Shown here one piece after another: positions 62,280 through 64,000 of a stretch of DNA of 64,000 bases. The DNA comes from Mobula hypostoma (taxonomy: Eukaryota), in the NCBI RefSeq assembly GCF_963921235.1, contig NC_086108.1, positions 61,444,001 to 61,508,000 on the forward strand, written 5' to 3'. The notes under the pieces were generated by a model, which saw only the letters and a list, made by a program, of their open reading frames with translations, searched no databases and was not told where the DNA came from. The translations under genes and the position numbers were made by a program. The stretch's first letter is position 1; every line of letters begins with the position of its first letter.

Positions 62280-64000
62280 CATCAAGCAGGAACTAGGGAG
62301 AGTGAATCGGGACCAGCTGCTTTTGGGTAAGTCCATATCTGACATATGGAGGGTGCTTAAAGACTAACTGGGCAGGTATGTTCCAGTCAGAAGGAAGGAC
62401 AGGTATGGCAAGGTAAGAGAACCTTGCATGTCAAGGGAGGTAATGAATCAAGAAGGAAAAGGAAAAGTATGTAATTAGGAAGCTGGAATCAAACAGAGTC
62501 CTTGAGGATTATTAAAAAAGCCAGAAAAGAACTCAAGAAGGGAATTAACAAGGAGAAGGAGTGGACACCGGACAACATAGATTTTGCTTGCTCAATACTT
62601 TTGCATGCATCATATGGATTTTGGGCTGCTGCTCATGAATATCTCCATGAAATTTCCCCATCATGCACCATTTTTTTGAACTTGCCTATATTTGTTATTT
62701 CAATTCATAATTCAAGTCAGAATATCTGATGCCTAGATTAAGGAAGGCATTTTTGTTGGTACACAAATCGAATAGGTAATCGAAGAGCTTCTAGTGGGAC
62801 TGGAGAAAATCACATGGAAAACATCCAAGGATATTGCTGAAAATTTTTTTGAGAATTACAGAGCACCAAACTAAGTGCAGCTGGTTGACAACATGCTTCA
62901 AGCATACAAAACCACGAAGTGCAATGTGTCACTAAAGATCTGTTTTCTGCATTCACATTTAGACTTCTTCCTTGCAAATGCTGGTGCTGTTAGTGATAAG
63001 TATGATGAAAACCATGGCCTAAATAGGGAGAGCCAGTATGGCTTTGTATGGAGCAAGTCATACTTTACTAACTTGATTGAGATTTTTGATGAGGTGACAA
63101 GGGTAGATGAAGGTAAGGCATATGACAATGTCCCTCATGGGTGGCTTATCCAGAAGATTAAGATGCACGGGATTCATGGTGAATTGGCCGTTCAGAACTG
63201 GTTTGCCCATAGAATACAGAGGATAATGGTAGAAGGAACTTATTCTAACTCGAGGTCGGTGATTACTGATGTTCTGCAGTGATCTGTACTGGGACCTCTG
63301 TTGTTTGTGATGTATATAAAGGACCTGTATGAAGTTGTAGATGGGAATAGATGGATGGTTTAGTAAGTTTGTAGATGGTATGAAGATTGGTGGTGCTGAG
63401 TGGATAGTGTAGAAGATGAGCAAAGAATATCGCAGGATATAGATCAGTTGCAGATATGGGCAGAGAAATGGCAGAATGTGCTTAACCCAGCCAAATGTGA
63501 AGTGTTGTACCTTAGTAGGTCAAATGTAAAGAGACAGTACACTGTTAAGGCAAGACCATTAATAGTATAGGTATGCAGAGAAATCTGGGAGTTCATGTTC
63601 TTCGTTCCCTGAAAGTGACTGCACAGGTTTTTAGGGTGGTTAAGAAGACATACAGTATGTTTACTTTTATCAGTTGAGGTATTGAGTTCAAAAGTCAGGA
63701 AGTTATGTTACAGTATATCACATCTGAAGTTCTACATACAGTTCCAGTCACCCCATTATAGGAAGGATGAGAAGGCTTTGGAGAGGGTGCAGAAGAGATT
63801 TACTAGGATGCTGCCTGGATTAGGGAGCATGTGCTATAACAAGAGGTTGGACAAACTTGGGGTGTTTTTTTCTGGAGTGGTAGATGCTAAAGGTAGATCT
63901 CGTAGAGGTTTATAAGATGATGAAGGCATAGATAGAGTAGAAAGACAGCATCATTTTCCCAGGGTTTAAATCTCTAATACTAGAGGGCATGCTTCTAAGG
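62280..64000 (+). mobile_element. degenerate CR1, interrupted at ~62566-63010, runs off the right edge
   Basis: SQYGFVWSKSYFTNLIEIF, KAYDNVPH, LERVQKRFTRML. Confidence 0.85.
62566..63010 (+). mobile_element. Chapaev3-like (CMC superfamily) DNA transposon fragment
   Basis: ISDA*IKEGIFVGTQI and VDNMLQAYKTTKCNVSLKICFLHSHLDFFLANAGAVSD. Left end caccggacaaca resembles a CAC-start TIR; no right TIR seen. Confidence 0.65.

Noticed and set aside
62875..63282. 135-aa chimeric ORF
   Set aside because: Chance in-frame fusion of a Chapaev-like fragment and CR1 RT, with a non-ATG start and decayed motifs.

Overview
Eukaryotic, repeat-dense, probably intronic or intergenic vertebrate DNA. The mix of repeats (HE1/V-type tRNA SINE, abundant CR1, Neptune-type Penelope-like elements, Rex1/Babar, RTE) suggests a cartilaginous fish; this is an inference. 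No complete host gene is visible. The long ORFs I could identify are transposon fragments or low-complexity artefacts, and there are only two weak candidate start-codon exons on the minus strand. The most notable content is a series of Penelope-like elements (PLEs). They carry minimal type I hammerhead ribozyme motifs in their pseudo-LTRs (five intact-looking copies) and have 10-14 bp target-site duplications (TSDs). They form a size series of tail-out inverted (foldback) insertions from 1.95 kb down to 0.18 kb, and a Penelope-in-Penelope nest at 31.1-38.5 kb that also gave rise to a G/C-skewed minisatellite. Also present: two RTE LINEs, an RTE-derived non-autonomous element sharing a structured 5' region, a Tigger-type DNA transposon, and a Chapaev3-like transposase fragment. 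Boundaries were read by eye and are approximate unless a TSD is quoted.
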